Of a DNA stretch of 64,000 nt, positions 15,458 to 25,215 are shown piece by piece (position 1 is the stretch's first letter; each line of letters opens with the position of its first letter). The notes under the pieces are model-generated. The model was not told the DNA's origin. It made no database searches and was given only the letters and a program-made list of their open reading frames with translations. Source of the DNA: an uncultured Gemmatimonadales bacterium (GTDB taxonomy: Bacteria > Gemmatimonadota > Gemmatimonadetes > Longimicrobiales > RSA9); the NCBI GenBank assembly GCA_963816355.1, contig CAWFKH010000006.1, positions 96,001 through 160,000 on the forward strand, written 5' to 3'. The position numbers were made by a program, and so were the translations under genes.

Positions 15458-18256
15458 TCACCTCACCGGCACCCAATACGTCACCTTCACCGCCAGCCGG
15501 TGGGCACCCGGCGCCCGAAATGCCCCGACGAGATCGCGGAAGCCCACGCGGCTCCCGACCGGATCCTCGTCGGCGCGGTCCTCCTGCCACACCAGGAAGA
15601 GCGTGCTGCCGGGCCGCCATTCCCAGCGCAGCACCGCGTTGCTGCGCAGCGAGGCGACGTCGAAGTCCGCGGCCGAGAAGGAGAAGTCGGGGCCGTCGCC
15701 GGTGACGGTGAAGGCGTCGTCGTCGCGCGAGAGCGAGCCGAGGTCCTCGCCGTAGAAGCGAAGGTCGCGCGAGCCGGCGGCGGCGAGCTGGCCGGGGCGA
15801 TAGTAGTGGCCGCTGGCGACGAACGGCTCGACGTAGCCCTCGAGCGTGAGGTCCGGCGTGAAGGCGTAGGTGAGGCGGATCGGCGCGGAGATCTCGGTGC
15901 GCTGGATGAAGGAGAAGATGTAGCGTTTGCCGAAGGTCGCGGCGGGGCCGTCGCCGAGGGTGGCGACGTACTGCCGCGGATCGCGGAAGCGCAGGAAGTT
16001 GGGCGAGATGGACGCCTTCCAGCGCGGTGTGGGGCGGACGGAGAGGCTGCCGCTCAGCCGGTAGGTCAGCTCGCCGGTCTCGCCGGTGCCGTAGTAGACG
16101 CGGGCGCTCCAGCTCGTGCGCGCGCTGGCGGCGTTCTGCAGGCGCAAGATCGTGACGCGGCCGATGCCGCGCTGCAGGAGTGGGCCGCCACGCGTGGCCG
16201 CGGGGTCGAGCGAGTGGAGGTCGACCCACGCCGTCGCGTCGAGGCGCCAGAAGTTGCGGAACGTCGCCGCCCAATCGGTGCGCAGCGAGCGCCACGTGCG
16301 CTCGCCGCCGAAGTTCCAGTCGTTCTCGCTGCGCACGCTGCCGCTCCACGAACGGAAGAGCGGCCCCGGGCGCGTCTGCTGGTAGGTGAGGGTGGCGTTG
16401 GCGAAGACGTCGTCCGCGGTGCCGAGGATGCCGACGTCGTTCAGCTCGAAGCCCGGCGAGGTGAAGCTGCCGGCGAGGCGCCAGAGCCAGTGGCCGCCGC
16501 CGCGCCGCTCGAAGTACGCGCCGCCGGCGACGCCGTCGAGCGCGGTGCGGGTCGAGTCGACGTCGACGTACGAGGCATCCGGCCGCTGGAAGTAGCGCGC
16601 GCTCGAGCGCTGCCGGCGCAGGATGGCGGCGCGGTCGCCGTCGATGTGGCTGAAGCCGACGTTGCCGCCGAGGACGTAGTCGCCGCGGGCCCAGCGCAGC
16701 TCGCCGTCGGCGCCGCCGCTGACGGCGTCGCGGTCGAGCTGCGCGGCGAGCGGCGAGGCGGCCGCCATGGCGCGGCGCATGCCTGTGATCACGACGCCCG
16801 CGGTGGAGCCGGAAGGGCCGAGCTGCCGGCGCACCCGTGCGACGCCGTACCACGTCCGCGGCGCGACCGCCGCGCGGCCTTCCTCGCCGGTCGCCGCGTC
16901 GAAGAAGCGCGCGTCCTCGCTCGCGGTGACGGCCGTGAGCGACCCGATCGAGGTGCCGCCGGCGGAGCGGCCGGTCAGCTTCGCGGCGCCGAGGATGGTG
17001 CTCGTCTGCGGCGCGTCGACGAAGTCGCCGGGCGCGCTGCCGGGCGGAGCCGCGCCGATCCGGCGAGAGTAGAAGTAGGTGGGACCGGGCGTGTCGAAGA
17101 AGTGGGAGCCGGCGGTGAAGAAGGGCCGCTTCTCGTCGAAGAAGACCTCGAACGCGGAGAGGTTCACGACCGCCGGGTCCGCCTCGACCTGGCCGAAGTC
17201 CGGGTTGATCGCGGCCTGCAGCGTGAGACTGGGGCCGAGGCCCATCTTCACATCGCCGCCCGCGCGGACGCCGGCGTCGTAGTGGCGATCGAACGGGTTG
17301 GCTGCGCTGCGCACGCCGTTCGCGGTGGCGTCGGCGGCGACGTAGGGGAGCAGCTCGATGCGGCGGCTGGGGCGGACGCCGCGAATGCCGGACAGGGTGC
17401 CGAAGCGCGATGCCCACGCCTCGACGTTCGTCGGGATGGGCGCCCACAGGTCCTCCTCGTTGCGGTTGGGGACCCAGCGCCGGACCTCGAGTCCCCAGAT
17501 CGGCGCGCCGCCGTCGTTGAAGCGGAGCTGCGTGAACGGGATCCGCATCTCGGCGGTCCAGCCGAGCGAGTCGCGGTGCACGCGCGCCTCCCACACCGGG
17601 TCGAACGACTCGTCGTACGGCTCCCAGGCGTCGCCCGGGTGCGACCAGTCGAGGCGCACGCCGGACGCGGTCACGCCGAATGTGTAGCTCGTCAGCCGGT
17701 CGCGGTACGTGTCCAGCGAGATCTCGAGCTCCTCCGCGCCCCCCGGCTGGTCGCGGCGGCTGACCTGCGTCTCCACCTGCGCCGAGTCCTCGAACAGCCG
17801 CGCGCCCACGTAGAGCGCGTCGGCGTCGTAGAGGAAGCGCACTTCGCTTCGCGACGTCGCCGCCTCGCCTTCGTCCGGGCGGCGCTGCACGAAGCCGCTG
17901 ATCGGCTGCGCCGCGGCCCACGCGGCGTCGTCGAGACGTCCGTCGATCGTCGGCGCGCGCGCCGCGGGAGCGGCGACCGCCTCCTTCCCGGCAGCGCCCG
18001 GCGCGGCACGCTCCGCTGCCGGCGATGTATCCGCGGCCGGCGACGCATCCGCGGCCGGCGACGCATCCGCGGCGATCCGGCCCGGAGCGTGGTCCGTCGT
18101 CTGCGCCCGCGCGGGGGCCGCGGGCGCGAGGAGCGCGGCCAGCGCCGCGGACGTCGCGAGGGCCGAGCGGCAACGCGCGGCGGCGAGGCGGACGGCGGCG
18201 CGCGTGCCGCGCACGGTGAAGGCGGTCGAGGCGCGTCGGATGCGAAATCTCGGCAT
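15458..18256 (-). CDS. DUF5916 family outer-membrane-type protein with an N-terminal CBM9-like domain
   Basis: Signal peptide (PARA-Q); IDGRLDDAAW, WTAEMRIPF, INPDFGQVEAD, EKRPFF, FYSRRIG; C-terminal KVTYW. Confidence 0.88.
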   Translation of the reverse strand: MPRFRIRRASTAFTVRGTRAAVRLAAARCRSALATSAALAALLAPAAPARAQTTDHAPGRIAADASPAADASPAADTSPAAERAAPGAAGKEAVAAPAARAPTIDGRLDDAAWAAAQPISGFVQRRPDEGEAATSRSEVRFLYDADALYVGARLFEDSAQVETQVSRRDQPGGAEELEISLDTYRDRLTSYTFGVTASGVRLDWSHPGDAWEPYDESFDPVWEARVHRDSLGWTAEMRIPFTQLRFNDGGAPIWGLEVRRWVPNRNEEDLWAPIPTNVEAWASRFGTLSGIRGVRPSRRIELLPYVAADATANGVRSAANPFDRHYDAGVRAGGDVKMGLGPSLTLQAAINPDFGQVEADPAVVNLSAFEVFFDEKRPFFTAGSHFFDTPGPTYFYSRRIGAAPPGSAPGDFVDAPQTSTILGAAKLTGRSAGGTSIGSLTAVTASEDARFFDAATGEEGRAAVAPRTWYGVARVRRQLGPSGSTAGVVITGMRRAMAAASPLAAQLDRDAVSGGADGELRWARGDYVLGGNVGFSHIDGDRAAILRRQRSSARYFQRPDASYVDVDSTRTALDGVAGGAYFERRGGGHWLWRLAGSFTSPGFELNDVGILGTADDVFANATLTYQQTRPGPLFRSWSGSVRSENDWNFGGERTWRSLRTDWAATFRNFWRLDATAWVDLHSLDPAATRGGPLLQRGIGRVTILRLQNAASARTSWSARVYYGTGETGELTYRLSGSLSVRPTPRWKASISPNFLRFRDPRQYVATLGDGPAATFGKRYIFSFIQRTEISAPIRLTYAFTPDLTLEGYVEPFVASGHYYRPGQLAAAGSRDLRFYGEDLGSLSRDDDAFTVTGDGPDFSFSAADFDVASLRSNAVLRWEWRPGSTLFLVWQEDRADEDPVGSRVGFRDLVGAFRAPGAHRLAVKVTYWVPVR

Positions 18257-18353
18257 GAGCTCCCCCCGGGGGGCGCGGACGCGGCTCGCGCCGGGCCCCC
18301 TCCTGTTGGATCGTTGGAATGTGGTCGGAACGCCGTCGGCGCGGCGTATGCGG

Positions 18354-21167
18354 CTATCCGCGCTCCTGCGCGAGGAGGGCGGCGGCGACGCGATCGTGCT
18401 CGTAGCTGGAGCCGACGCCGTCGAGCGTCTTCATGAACGCGTCCCGCAGCGGGCCGGTGAGGCGGTACTTCGAGGTCACGAGCAGGAGCAGCTCGGCCAG
18501 CTCGTTGTCGGAGTCGATCGAGCGGGCCGAGACGAGGATCATCGCCAGCGATTCGGGCGCCAGCCGGCCGCCCTGCAGGAGCGCCCTCAGCACGCGCGCT
18601 TGCTCGTAATCGGAGCCGATGCCCGCGGCGGCGCGGATGAAGGCGTCCTGCGTGGCGCGCCGGGACAGGTCGACCTGCGGCGCGACGGCGATCAGCGCCT
18701 CGGCGCGCTCGAAGTCGGAGCCGATCGTGCGCACGGCGTCGATCACGGCCGGCTGATCCTCAGGGGCGATCCCGCCCCGCGCCGTCAGCGCCTTCACAGC
18801 GCGGCCGCGCTCGTAGTCGGATCCGATCTCCTTCAACGCGGCGACGTACGCGGCGCGCGCGGGCCCCTCAATGGGGTACGCCGCCGCCGTCCTCACGAGC
18901 ACCTCCGCCTGCTCGTAGTCGGAGCGGATCGAGCCGGCGGAGCGCAGCAGCTCAGCGACGTCCTCCGGCGTCAGCCCACCCGCCGCGAGCACCGCCTTCA
19001 GCACGCGGCCGTGTTCGTAGTCGGATTGCAGGGTGCCGGCGGCGCGCAGGAACGTCGGACGCAGGGACGCGTCGACCGGGTGCGCCGCGGACACGGCGAT
19101 CAGCAGCTCGGCCAGCTCGTGATCACCCTGGATCCCCGCCGCGCCGACCTCCGCGACCCGGCGGATGCGGGCGTCGCTCAGCTTCTCCTGCGCCAGCAGC
19201 TTGCGGAGGTAGAGCGACATGACGTAGTCGCTCGTGATGCCCCGCGCTTCGGCGATCACCGCGTCGGGGCCGCCGCTGCGCAGCAGCGACGCGATCCGCT
19301 GCTCGGCGCCGAAGCCCGTCTCGCGCGGCAGCGCCGTGAGGAACGCCGCGAGCCACTGTCGCGCCTCGGCGTCGAAGGCGTGCGGATGGCCGCCGACCGA
19401 GTAGTCGTAGGCGAGACGAGCCCCATCGCCCTTCACCTCGAGCCGCCGCCGGACGCCCTCCTCCGTCGCGTCGATCTTCAGCGAGCCGCCCTTCGAGATC
19501 GACGCGATGGCGCCGAAGTCGTCCGTGAAGCGGACATCGCCGTCGATCCACACCTCAATGTCACAGGCGTCCGACTTCCACGCGATGTGCTGCCGGTCGT
19601 CGTGGCTGTTGACGCTGATCGACTGCGACTCGCCGTGGCAATCCGGCCACCCCGCCTTGCCGGGCGCCGCCCGCGGCGCGCTGCCGGCCGGGCGCGATTC
19701 GTCCAGCGGCGCCGTGGCCAGGCCGCCCGGGCCGGCCGGCGCGCCGATGTCCGCCGCGCCCGATGGCGTCGCCTCCGACCGCGCGCCCGGCACCGCGCCG
19801 GATGCCGCTGCCTCCGGCCGCGCGCCCGGCACCGCGCCGGACGCCGCCGCCTCCGGCCGCGCGCCCGGCACCGCGCCGGATCGCGCCGCCGGTGTGAGCG
19901 CAGCCACGGGCGCGGAAGGTCCGCGCGGCGTCATCGCGGCGAGCGGCAGCACGACCGCCACAGCGCACGCCACCGCCAGCCAGGTACGCCGCCGCGACAG
20001 CGCCGCGCGCGGCCGCCCCGCGTCCAGTACCGCCAGCAGCCGCCCCGCGAGCTGCGTCGGCCGCGCCATCGCCATCGCCGCCAGCGACGTCGAGCGCGAG
20101 GCGCGCAGCGAGCGCGCCACGTCGAGCAACTGTGCCGCGTAGTCGGAGGCGCGCGAGCCGGCCGCCAGGACGGCGTCGTCGCACGCGTGCTCCCGCTCGA
20201 TGCGCAGCCGCCGAGCCGCGATCCACACCGCCGGGTCGAACCAGTGGATCGCGCACGCGAGCGCCCCCACGAGCTGCGCCAGATGGTCCCGGCGACGCAG
20301 GTGCGCCAGCTCGTGCAGCAGCACCGACTCCAGTCGCGCCGCCGACCACGACGCGGACTGTGCGGGCAGCAGCACCGTCGCGCGCCGGATCCCCCACGTC
20401 ATCGGCATCGCGCCGCCGTCCACCTCGAGCAGCCGGTAGCCCCGCCGCAATCCGACGCGGTCCGCCGCGCGCGCCGCCACCTCCAGCCTACGCCGGTCCG
20501 TCACCGGCCGCGTTCGCCGCTCCAGCCGCTGCACGCCCACCGCGCCGAGCGCGAGCGCGCCCAGCACGACCGCCGCGCCCGCCGCCCACAGGAGCAGCAG
20601 CAGCGTGGCGGGAGAGGGCAGGCGCCGCGCGGCGGCGAGCCGGCCGACGGCCGCGCCCGCGGTCGCCGGCGCCGCCGAGCGCGCGTCCACGTCCACCGAG
20701 CGCGCGTCCACGTCCGCCGGGCGCGCGTCCACGTCCGCCGAGCGGGCGTCCACGTCCGCCGGGCCGCTCGCCGATCCAGCCGAGGACGCCGCCTCCGCCG
20801 GCAGCGCCGCGCGATCCGAGGCCGTCCGCACCGCCTCCGCCTCCGCCGCCAGCGCCCCGGCGGGATCCGAGGCCGTCCGCGTCGCCGCAGCGGAGGCGGC
20901 CGGAGCCGCAGCCGCCAGCGCCGAAACCCGCAGCATCGCGTCGGGCACCGGGACCGGCACCGGCAGGCTCGGCACCGCCGCCGACACCAGCGGCAGCGCG
21001 ACCAGCCCCACCATCGTCAGCACCCACGCCAGGTGGCGCGCCGCCGCCGACACGCGCCGCAGCGCCAGCGACGCCACGGCGCCCAGCCCCACCAGCACGA
21101 GCCCCTTCAGGGCGCAGCCCAGGAGCGCCGCCGGCCAACTCGCCGCCGCCACCATGCCCGCCATCAC
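18354..21167 (-). CDS. BlaR1-like M56 metallopeptidase sensor with C-terminal helical repeats
   Basis: SAAARHLAW, HELAH, HWFDP, REHACDD, YAAQLL; about nine SDYE-type repeats. Confidence 0.9.
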   Translation of the reverse strand: MMAGMVAAASWPAALLGCALKGLVLVGLGAVASLALRRVSAAARHLAWVLTMVGLVALPLVSAAVPSLPVPVPVPDAMLRVSALAAAAPAASAAATRTASDPAGALAAEAEAVRTASDRAALPAEAASSAGSASGPADVDARSADVDARPADVDARSVDVDARSAAPATAGAAVGRLAAARRLPSPATLLLLLWAAGAAVVLGALALGAVGVQRLERRTRPVTDRRRLEVAARAADRVGLRRGYRLLEVDGGAMPMTWGIRRATVLLPAQSASWSAARLESVLLHELAHLRRRDHLAQLVGALACAIHWFDPAVWIAARRLRIEREHACDDAVLAAGSRASDYAAQLLDVARSLRASRSTSLAAMAMARPTQLAGRLLAVLDAGRPRAALSRRRTWLAVACAVAVVLPLAAMTPRGPSAPVAALTPAARSGAVPGARPEAAASGAVPGARPEAAASGAVPGARSEATPSGAADIGAPAGPGGLATAPLDESRPAGSAPRAAPGKAGWPDCHGESQSISVNSHDDRQHIAWKSDACDIEVWIDGDVRFTDDFGAIASISKGGSLKIDATEEGVRRRLEVKGDGARLAYDYSVGGHPHAFDAEARQWLAAFLTALPRETGFGAEQRIASLLRSGGPDAVIAEARGITSDYVMSLYLRKLLAQEKLSDARIRRVAEVGAAGIQGDHELAELLIAVSAAHPVDASLRPTFLRAAGTLQSDYEHGRVLKAVLAAGGLTPEDVAELLRSAGSIRSDYEQAEVLVRTAAAYPIEGPARAAYVAALKEIGSDYERGRAVKALTARGGIAPEDQPAVIDAVRTIGSDFERAEALIAVAPQVDLSRRATQDAFIRAAAGIGSDYEQARVLRALLQGGRLAPESLAMILVSARSIDSDNELAELLLLVTSKYRLTGPLRDAFMKTLDGVGSSYEHDRVAAALLAQERG

Positions 21168-21553
21168 CGGCCTACCTTCCGCGCCCGCTCGACCAGCGCC
21201 GCCAGCCGGTCCAGCTCCGCCTCCGGAATCTCCTCCGTTCGGTCCAGCAGCGCCGCCACCGCCTCCAGCGTCGACCCCTCGAAGAACGTCCGCACCAGCC
21301 GCTCCACCGCCGACGCCTGCGCCTCCTCCCGCGGCATCGTCGCCAGGTACACGTACCGAGGTCCATCCTCCGCGTGCACCAAGTGACCCTTCTCCTCCAG
21401 CTTCCGCAGCATCGCCCGCACCGCCGAATAGCTGGGTGGATCCGGCAGCTCCGCCTGCACCTCCGCCGCCGTCACCCGGCCCAGCCGGTAGACCACGTCC
21501 ATGATCTGCCGCTCCCGCCGCGTCAGGTTCCTGTGCGTCCCCGTCGATTCCAC
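21164..21553 (-). CDS. BlaI/MecI/CopY family repressor
   Basis: LTRRERQIMD, SYSAVRAMLRKLEEKG, GPRYVY, FFEGS; overlaps the M56 start. Confidence 0.93.
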   Translation of the reverse strand: MESTGTHRNLTRRERQIMDVVYRLGRVTAAEVQAELPDPPSYSAVRAMLRKLEEKGHLVHAEDGPRYVYLATMPREEAQASAVERLVRTFFEGSTLEAVAALLDRTEEIPEAELDRLAALVERARKVGR

Positions 21554-21628
21554 CGTCGCCTCCTCGTCCTTTGCTCGCCGGTCGCCGCGCCCCGCGGCCC
21601 CTCGCTGCGCCCCGCGGCCACCGGCCTA

Positions 21629-21675
21629 TGCTACGTCCGTAGCACCATGCTACAACCGTAGCACGCCGCCGTCAA
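21629..21675 (-). promoter_or_regulatory. sigma70 promoter with two tandem BlaI-type operators
   Basis: Palindromes TGCTAC-N4-GTAGCA at 21629-21644 and 21648-21663; minus strand TTGACG(21675-21670)-N17-TAGCAT(21652-21647). Confidence 0.85.
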
Positions 21676-21899
21676 GGGGGGAGCGGGGGTGGGGGCGGCG
21701 CTGGCCGGGCGGGCGGCGCGAGCGGGTGCAGCGAGGGCGCCGCGCGGAGGAGGGGCCCGCGCGCTGGGCGCCCATGGCGCAGGCTCTGGGTAGCGGGGAC
21801 GCCTCGGGTACTGAGGACGCGCGTCGGGCGCCGAGGGCGACCGCGCAGAGGGTGGTGGCGAGGCAGGGCGGTGAGGCCGGAACTCCGAGGACCGTCGGC

Positions 21900-22078
21900 G
21901 CGAGGGAAACCTTGCCACTGGCGACGTCGGCGATCGACGATTGGAGCTTTCACACCGCCTGGCGGGGCGAACCCTCCCCTGCTGGACCTGGGTTGTGGAA
22001 GAAGGGAGGGTTGACCTCGGATGCAGGCGCCAACGCTCCCATCTCGCGCCCCGGAACCACACCTGCGGAAGGTTCTCC
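21900..22078. repeat. Double-hairpin palindromic element, copy B (diverged homolog of 10935-11110)
   Basis: Starts GCGAGGGAAACCTTGCCACT; TGGAGCTTTCAC-N13-GCGAACCCTCCC, 25-nt gap, GGGAGGGTTGAC-N13-GCCAACGCTCCC. Confidence 0.8.
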
Positions 22079-22108
22079 ACCGTGCCGCCCCGTCGCCCCC
22101 CGGCCCCC

Positions 22109-22254
22109 GGACCCCAGACCGCACCCCACAGACCCCGTACCCCAGACCCGCGCCCCGCAGACCCCCGACCCCCCGTACCCCCGACCCCCGACCCCCCGCA
22201 GACCCCCGTACCCCCGACCCCCCGCAGACCCCCTCCCCAGACCCCAGACCGACC
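22109..22254. repeat. Dispersed (CCCCAGAC)n repeat, copy 2
   Basis: Ends CAGACCCCCTCCCCAGACCCCAGACCGACC. Confidence 0.85.
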
Positions 22255-22282
22255 GCCGCCAGCCATCCCTTTGCCCCCATCC

Positions 22283-22864
22283 TCACACCAACTCCCGCAG
22301 CAACCCATCCTCAATCCCATACACCCACCCGTGCACGGCGACGTCCTGGCCGCGCTCGAGCGCGTCCTGCATGACCGTGGTGGCGCGCACGTTGGCGACC
22401 TGCTCGACGACGTTCAGCTCGCACAGTCTGGCGTGGCGCTGCGGCTCGCTGGGCAGGGCGTCGAGCTCGGCGGCGTGCTTGCGGCGCACGTCCTGGACGT
22501 GGCGGAGCCAGTTGTCGACGAGGCCAATGCGGTCGTCGCGCAGCGCGGCGAGGACGCCGCCGCAGCCGTAGTGGCCGCAGACGACGACGTGCTCGACGCG
22601 CAGCGCGTCGACGGCGAACTGCAGGGTGGAGAGGAAGTTGAGATCGCTGTGGACGACGACGTTGGCGACGTTGCGGTGCACGAACATCTCGCCCGGGAGC
22701 AGGCCCACGATCTGGTTCGCGGGGACGCGGCTGTCGGAGCAGCCGATCCATAGGTAGCGCGGCGTCTGCTGGCGCGCGAGGCGCTGGAAGAACGCCGGGT
22801 CGCGCCGCGTCATCTCGGCGGACCACGCGCGGTTGTTGGCGAAGAGGTCGGTTGGTTCGTTCAT
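22283..22864 (-). CDS. can: Beta-class carbonic anhydrase
   Basis: WIGCSDSRVPAN, FVHRNVAN and GHYGCGG zinc motifs. Confidence 0.96.
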   Translation of the reverse strand: MNEPTDLFANNRAWSAEMTRRDPAFFQRLARQQTPRYLWIGCSDSRVPANQIVGLLPGEMFVHRNVANVVVHSDLNFLSTLQFAVDALRVEHVVVCGHYGCGGVLAALRDDRIGLVDNWLRHVQDVRRKHAAELDALPSEPQRHARLCELNVVEQVANVRATTVMQDALERGQDVAVHGWVYGIEDGLLRELV

Positions 22865-22891
22865 GTGTCTCGTGGTTCTGGCGACTGGGAG

Positions 22892-23932
22892 TCAGGTGGT
22901 GCGCCAGCGGCGGATGCGCTCGAGGATCGAGCCGGGCAGCAGCAGGTCGTCCGAGATGGCGGCGATCTGCTCCGCCTCGCGCCACGCGCGCTCGAGCTCT
23001 TCCAGCTCGCCCGTGAGGGCGCGGCGCTCGGCTTCCTCGTGGAGCGCCATTTCGAGCGCGAGCCGGTCGACGGTGGAGAGGCCGAACAGGCCGTGCTGGC
23101 GAATCTTGCTGTTCCAGTTGCTGCGGCGCCGGCGCACCTTGGCCGGCGTGGTCCGGATGTGGGCGTCCTTCGAGAGGCGGTCGAGGAAAGCTTCGGGGCT
23201 GCCGCGCTCCTCGATGGTCGCGACCGCTTCGGCGACCGTGCCGCGCGCGCCGCCGAAGCGGTTGACCTTCGGCACGACGAGCGCCGCGACGCGCATCGCC
23301 TCGGGCCCGTCGAGGTGCGTCTGGCCGCCGGCGAAGCGGAGGTCCATTGCGAGCGGGCCGTCCTGGCCGCGCATGAGGCGGGTCTCTGCGAGGTGGCGAC
23401 GCCGCACCCGCAGGAGCTGACCGTCCTCCGTGCGCACGCGGGCGACCACCGATTCGCCACGTCCGTGGACGACCGCCTGCCCGATCTGGGTCAGTCCATA
23501 GCCGAAGGCGCCGAGACCGACGCCGGCGGTCGCGCCGCCGATCACGATCGCGCCGAGTGCGCCGAGGCCGGCGCCGGCGAAGAGGATCTGGCGGCGGCGA
23601 CGTCGTCCGAACTGATCGCCGTAGCGCCAGGCGGCGAACTCCGGCCGCAGCGGCTCGCCAATGCGCACGAGGTCGGTGCCGTCGTGGAGGCGGGCGAGGC
23701 CGACGTGCTCGGTGGCGACGCGCCGGCGTGAGTCGTGGTAGAGACGCTCCGCCTCCTCGATCGTCTCCCACCGCTCTTCGATCGGCGACAGGTTCCAGCG
23801 TTCGCACCGGCGGCACACGACCCACAGGCGGCCCCGGGCGGGATCGAACGCGAGGCGCCGGCCCACCGGGAAGGTGTCGACGCTCTCGTTGGTGCCGAGC
23901 GGCTGGTTGCAGAAGACGCAGGTCGAGTACAT
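22892..23932 (-). CDS. Hypothetical protein with an N-terminal Zn-ribbon (CxxC...CxxC) and a central hydrophobic segment
   Basis: MYSTCVFC...VCRRCERWNL; protein-like composition; C-terminal coiled acidic helix. Confidence 0.75.
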   Translation of the reverse strand: MYSTCVFCNQPLGTNESVDTFPVGRRLAFDPARGRLWVVCRRCERWNLSPIEERWETIEEAERLYHDSRRRVATEHVGLARLHDGTDLVRIGEPLRPEFAAWRYGDQFGRRRRRQILFAGAGLGALGAIVIGGATAGVGLGAFGYGLTQIGQAVVHGRGESVVARVRTEDGQLLRVRRRHLAETRLMRGQDGPLAMDLRFAGGQTHLDGPEAMRVAALVVPKVNRFGGARGTVAEAVATIEERGSPEAFLDRLSKDAHIRTTPAKVRRRRSNWNSKIRQHGLFGLSTVDRLALEMALHEEAERRALTGELEELERAWREAEQIAAISDDLLLPGSILERIRRWRTT

Positions 23933-24054
23933 GGCGCCACGGAAGAGTGGGTGCTGCGCGCTAGCCGGACCGTGGGGTCCCGTACACCGCGACGCGTCGC
24001 GCGTTCGGACACAGGTCCGCTCCGCCGCGGCGGTGCCGCGCGAGGCGTCGCCGC

Positions 24055-24309
24055 CTATTCAGGTGAGCCCGCCGGGCGCTGGAGCAGCCTGTCGGTGAAG
24101 TCCTGGCGGTCCCGCAGCGTCTCGATCTCCGTCCGCAGCTCCCGCATCTGCTCCTCCAGCCGCAACAGGTCCGAGCGATCGCCCCGCAGCTCGGCCGCGC
24201 GCTCCTTCGCCCGCACGAACCGCAACCCGAGCCAACCAAAATAGACCGCCGCCCCGGCGGGTGCGAGAAAATAGATCAGACCCAGCAGCCCGACCGCCAC
24301 CCCGTTCAT
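24055..24309 (-). CDS. Small hypothetical protein (1 TM plus coiled coil)
   Basis: GGAG RBS; hydrophobic N-terminus followed by LEEQMRELRTEIETLRDRQDFTDRLL. Confidence 0.7.
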   Translation of the reverse strand: MNGVAVGLLGLIYFLAPAGAAVYFGWLGLRFVRAKERAAELRGDRSDLLRLEEQMRELRTEIETLRDRQDFTDRLLQRPAGSPE

Positions 24310-24597
24310 GCGCGCTCTCCAGACGTGAAACCGCCACGACCGTCACAGACCAATTACGCGACGGCGCCCCGCGCGCTCAAGGGCCACGTACGCCGCGGCC
24401 GGAGGTCGTGCCGTCGGCGAGGCGGTCGTACGCCCCGATCCAGGGCGGCCCGGCCGTGAAGAGAAGCGCACGCACCGTCGCACATGGCGAGCCCGCGCAG
24501 CGGCGGTCGCGGAGCCGCGCCGTGCGTCCGGCGGGTGGCGCGATCGCGCGTCGCGCGCAAGCTTGCCTCGTCAAGATCATCGTCATCCGGAGGTCGC

Positions 24598-25215
24598 TTG
24601 AACACGCTCACGGTTCGAGGGCTGATACGCACGTACGGCACGCTTCGGGTGCTCGACGACGTCGGCTTCGCGGTGGCGGCCGGCGAGGTGGTCGGCGTGA
24701 CGGGGCCGAACGGCGCCGGCAAGACGACGCTGCTGCGCTGCATCGTGGGCGCGGAGCGGCCCGACGCCGGCGAGGTGCTGCTGGAGGGGCGCCCCATGGA
24801 CGAGACGCAGGCGTGGGTACGCGCGGCCGTCGCTGCGGCGCTCGACGACATCGACTTCTTCCCCGATCTCTCCGTGGCCGAGCACCTTGCGCTGCTCGCC
24901 TTCGCGCACGGCGGCGACGGCGCCGGAGTGGAGGAGGTGATCGTCGAGCTCGGCCTCGACGCCGCGCGCGACCAGCTTCCCGCCACCCTCTCCTCCGGCC
25001 AGCGCCGCCGCCTGGCGCTCGCCTCCTGCTTCGTGCGCCCGCGGCGCCTGCTGATCCTCGACGAGCCGGAGCAGCGGCTAGACGAGCGCGGCCGCGCCTG
25101 GCTCGCCGAGCGCCTGCTCGCGGAGAAGGCCGCGGGCACCGCCGTACTCGTCGCGTCGCACGACCCGGCGCTCGTCGCCTCGATCGCCGACCACCGGCTC
25201 GAGCTCGGGACGTGA
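24598..25215 (+). CDS. ABC transporter ATP-binding protein
   Basis: GGAGG then TTG start; GPNGAGKTT, LSSGQ, ILDEPEQRLD, ASHD. Confidence 0.9.
   Translation: MNTLTVRGLIRTYGTLRVLDDVGFAVAAGEVVGVTGPNGAGKTTLLRCIVGAERPDAGEVLLEGRPMDETQAWVRAAVAAALDDIDFFPDLSVAEHLALLAFAHGGDGAGVEEVIVELGLDAARDQLPATLSSGQRRRLALASCFVRPRRLLILDEPEQRLDERGRAWLAERLLAEKAAGTAVLVASHDPALVASIADHRLELGT

Noticed and set aside
14844..18173. 1109-aa ORF
   Set aside because: An Arg/Gly/Pro-rich shadow frame over the DUF5916 gene and a repeat; only the last 114 codons (Cdd1-like) look real.
18204..21386. 1060-aa plus-strand ORF (likewise 15500..18436, 36676..40020, 40420..43590, 60536..63310)
   Set aside because: Antisense shadows of well-supported genes; stop-poor frames are expected at this GC content and they show no motifs.
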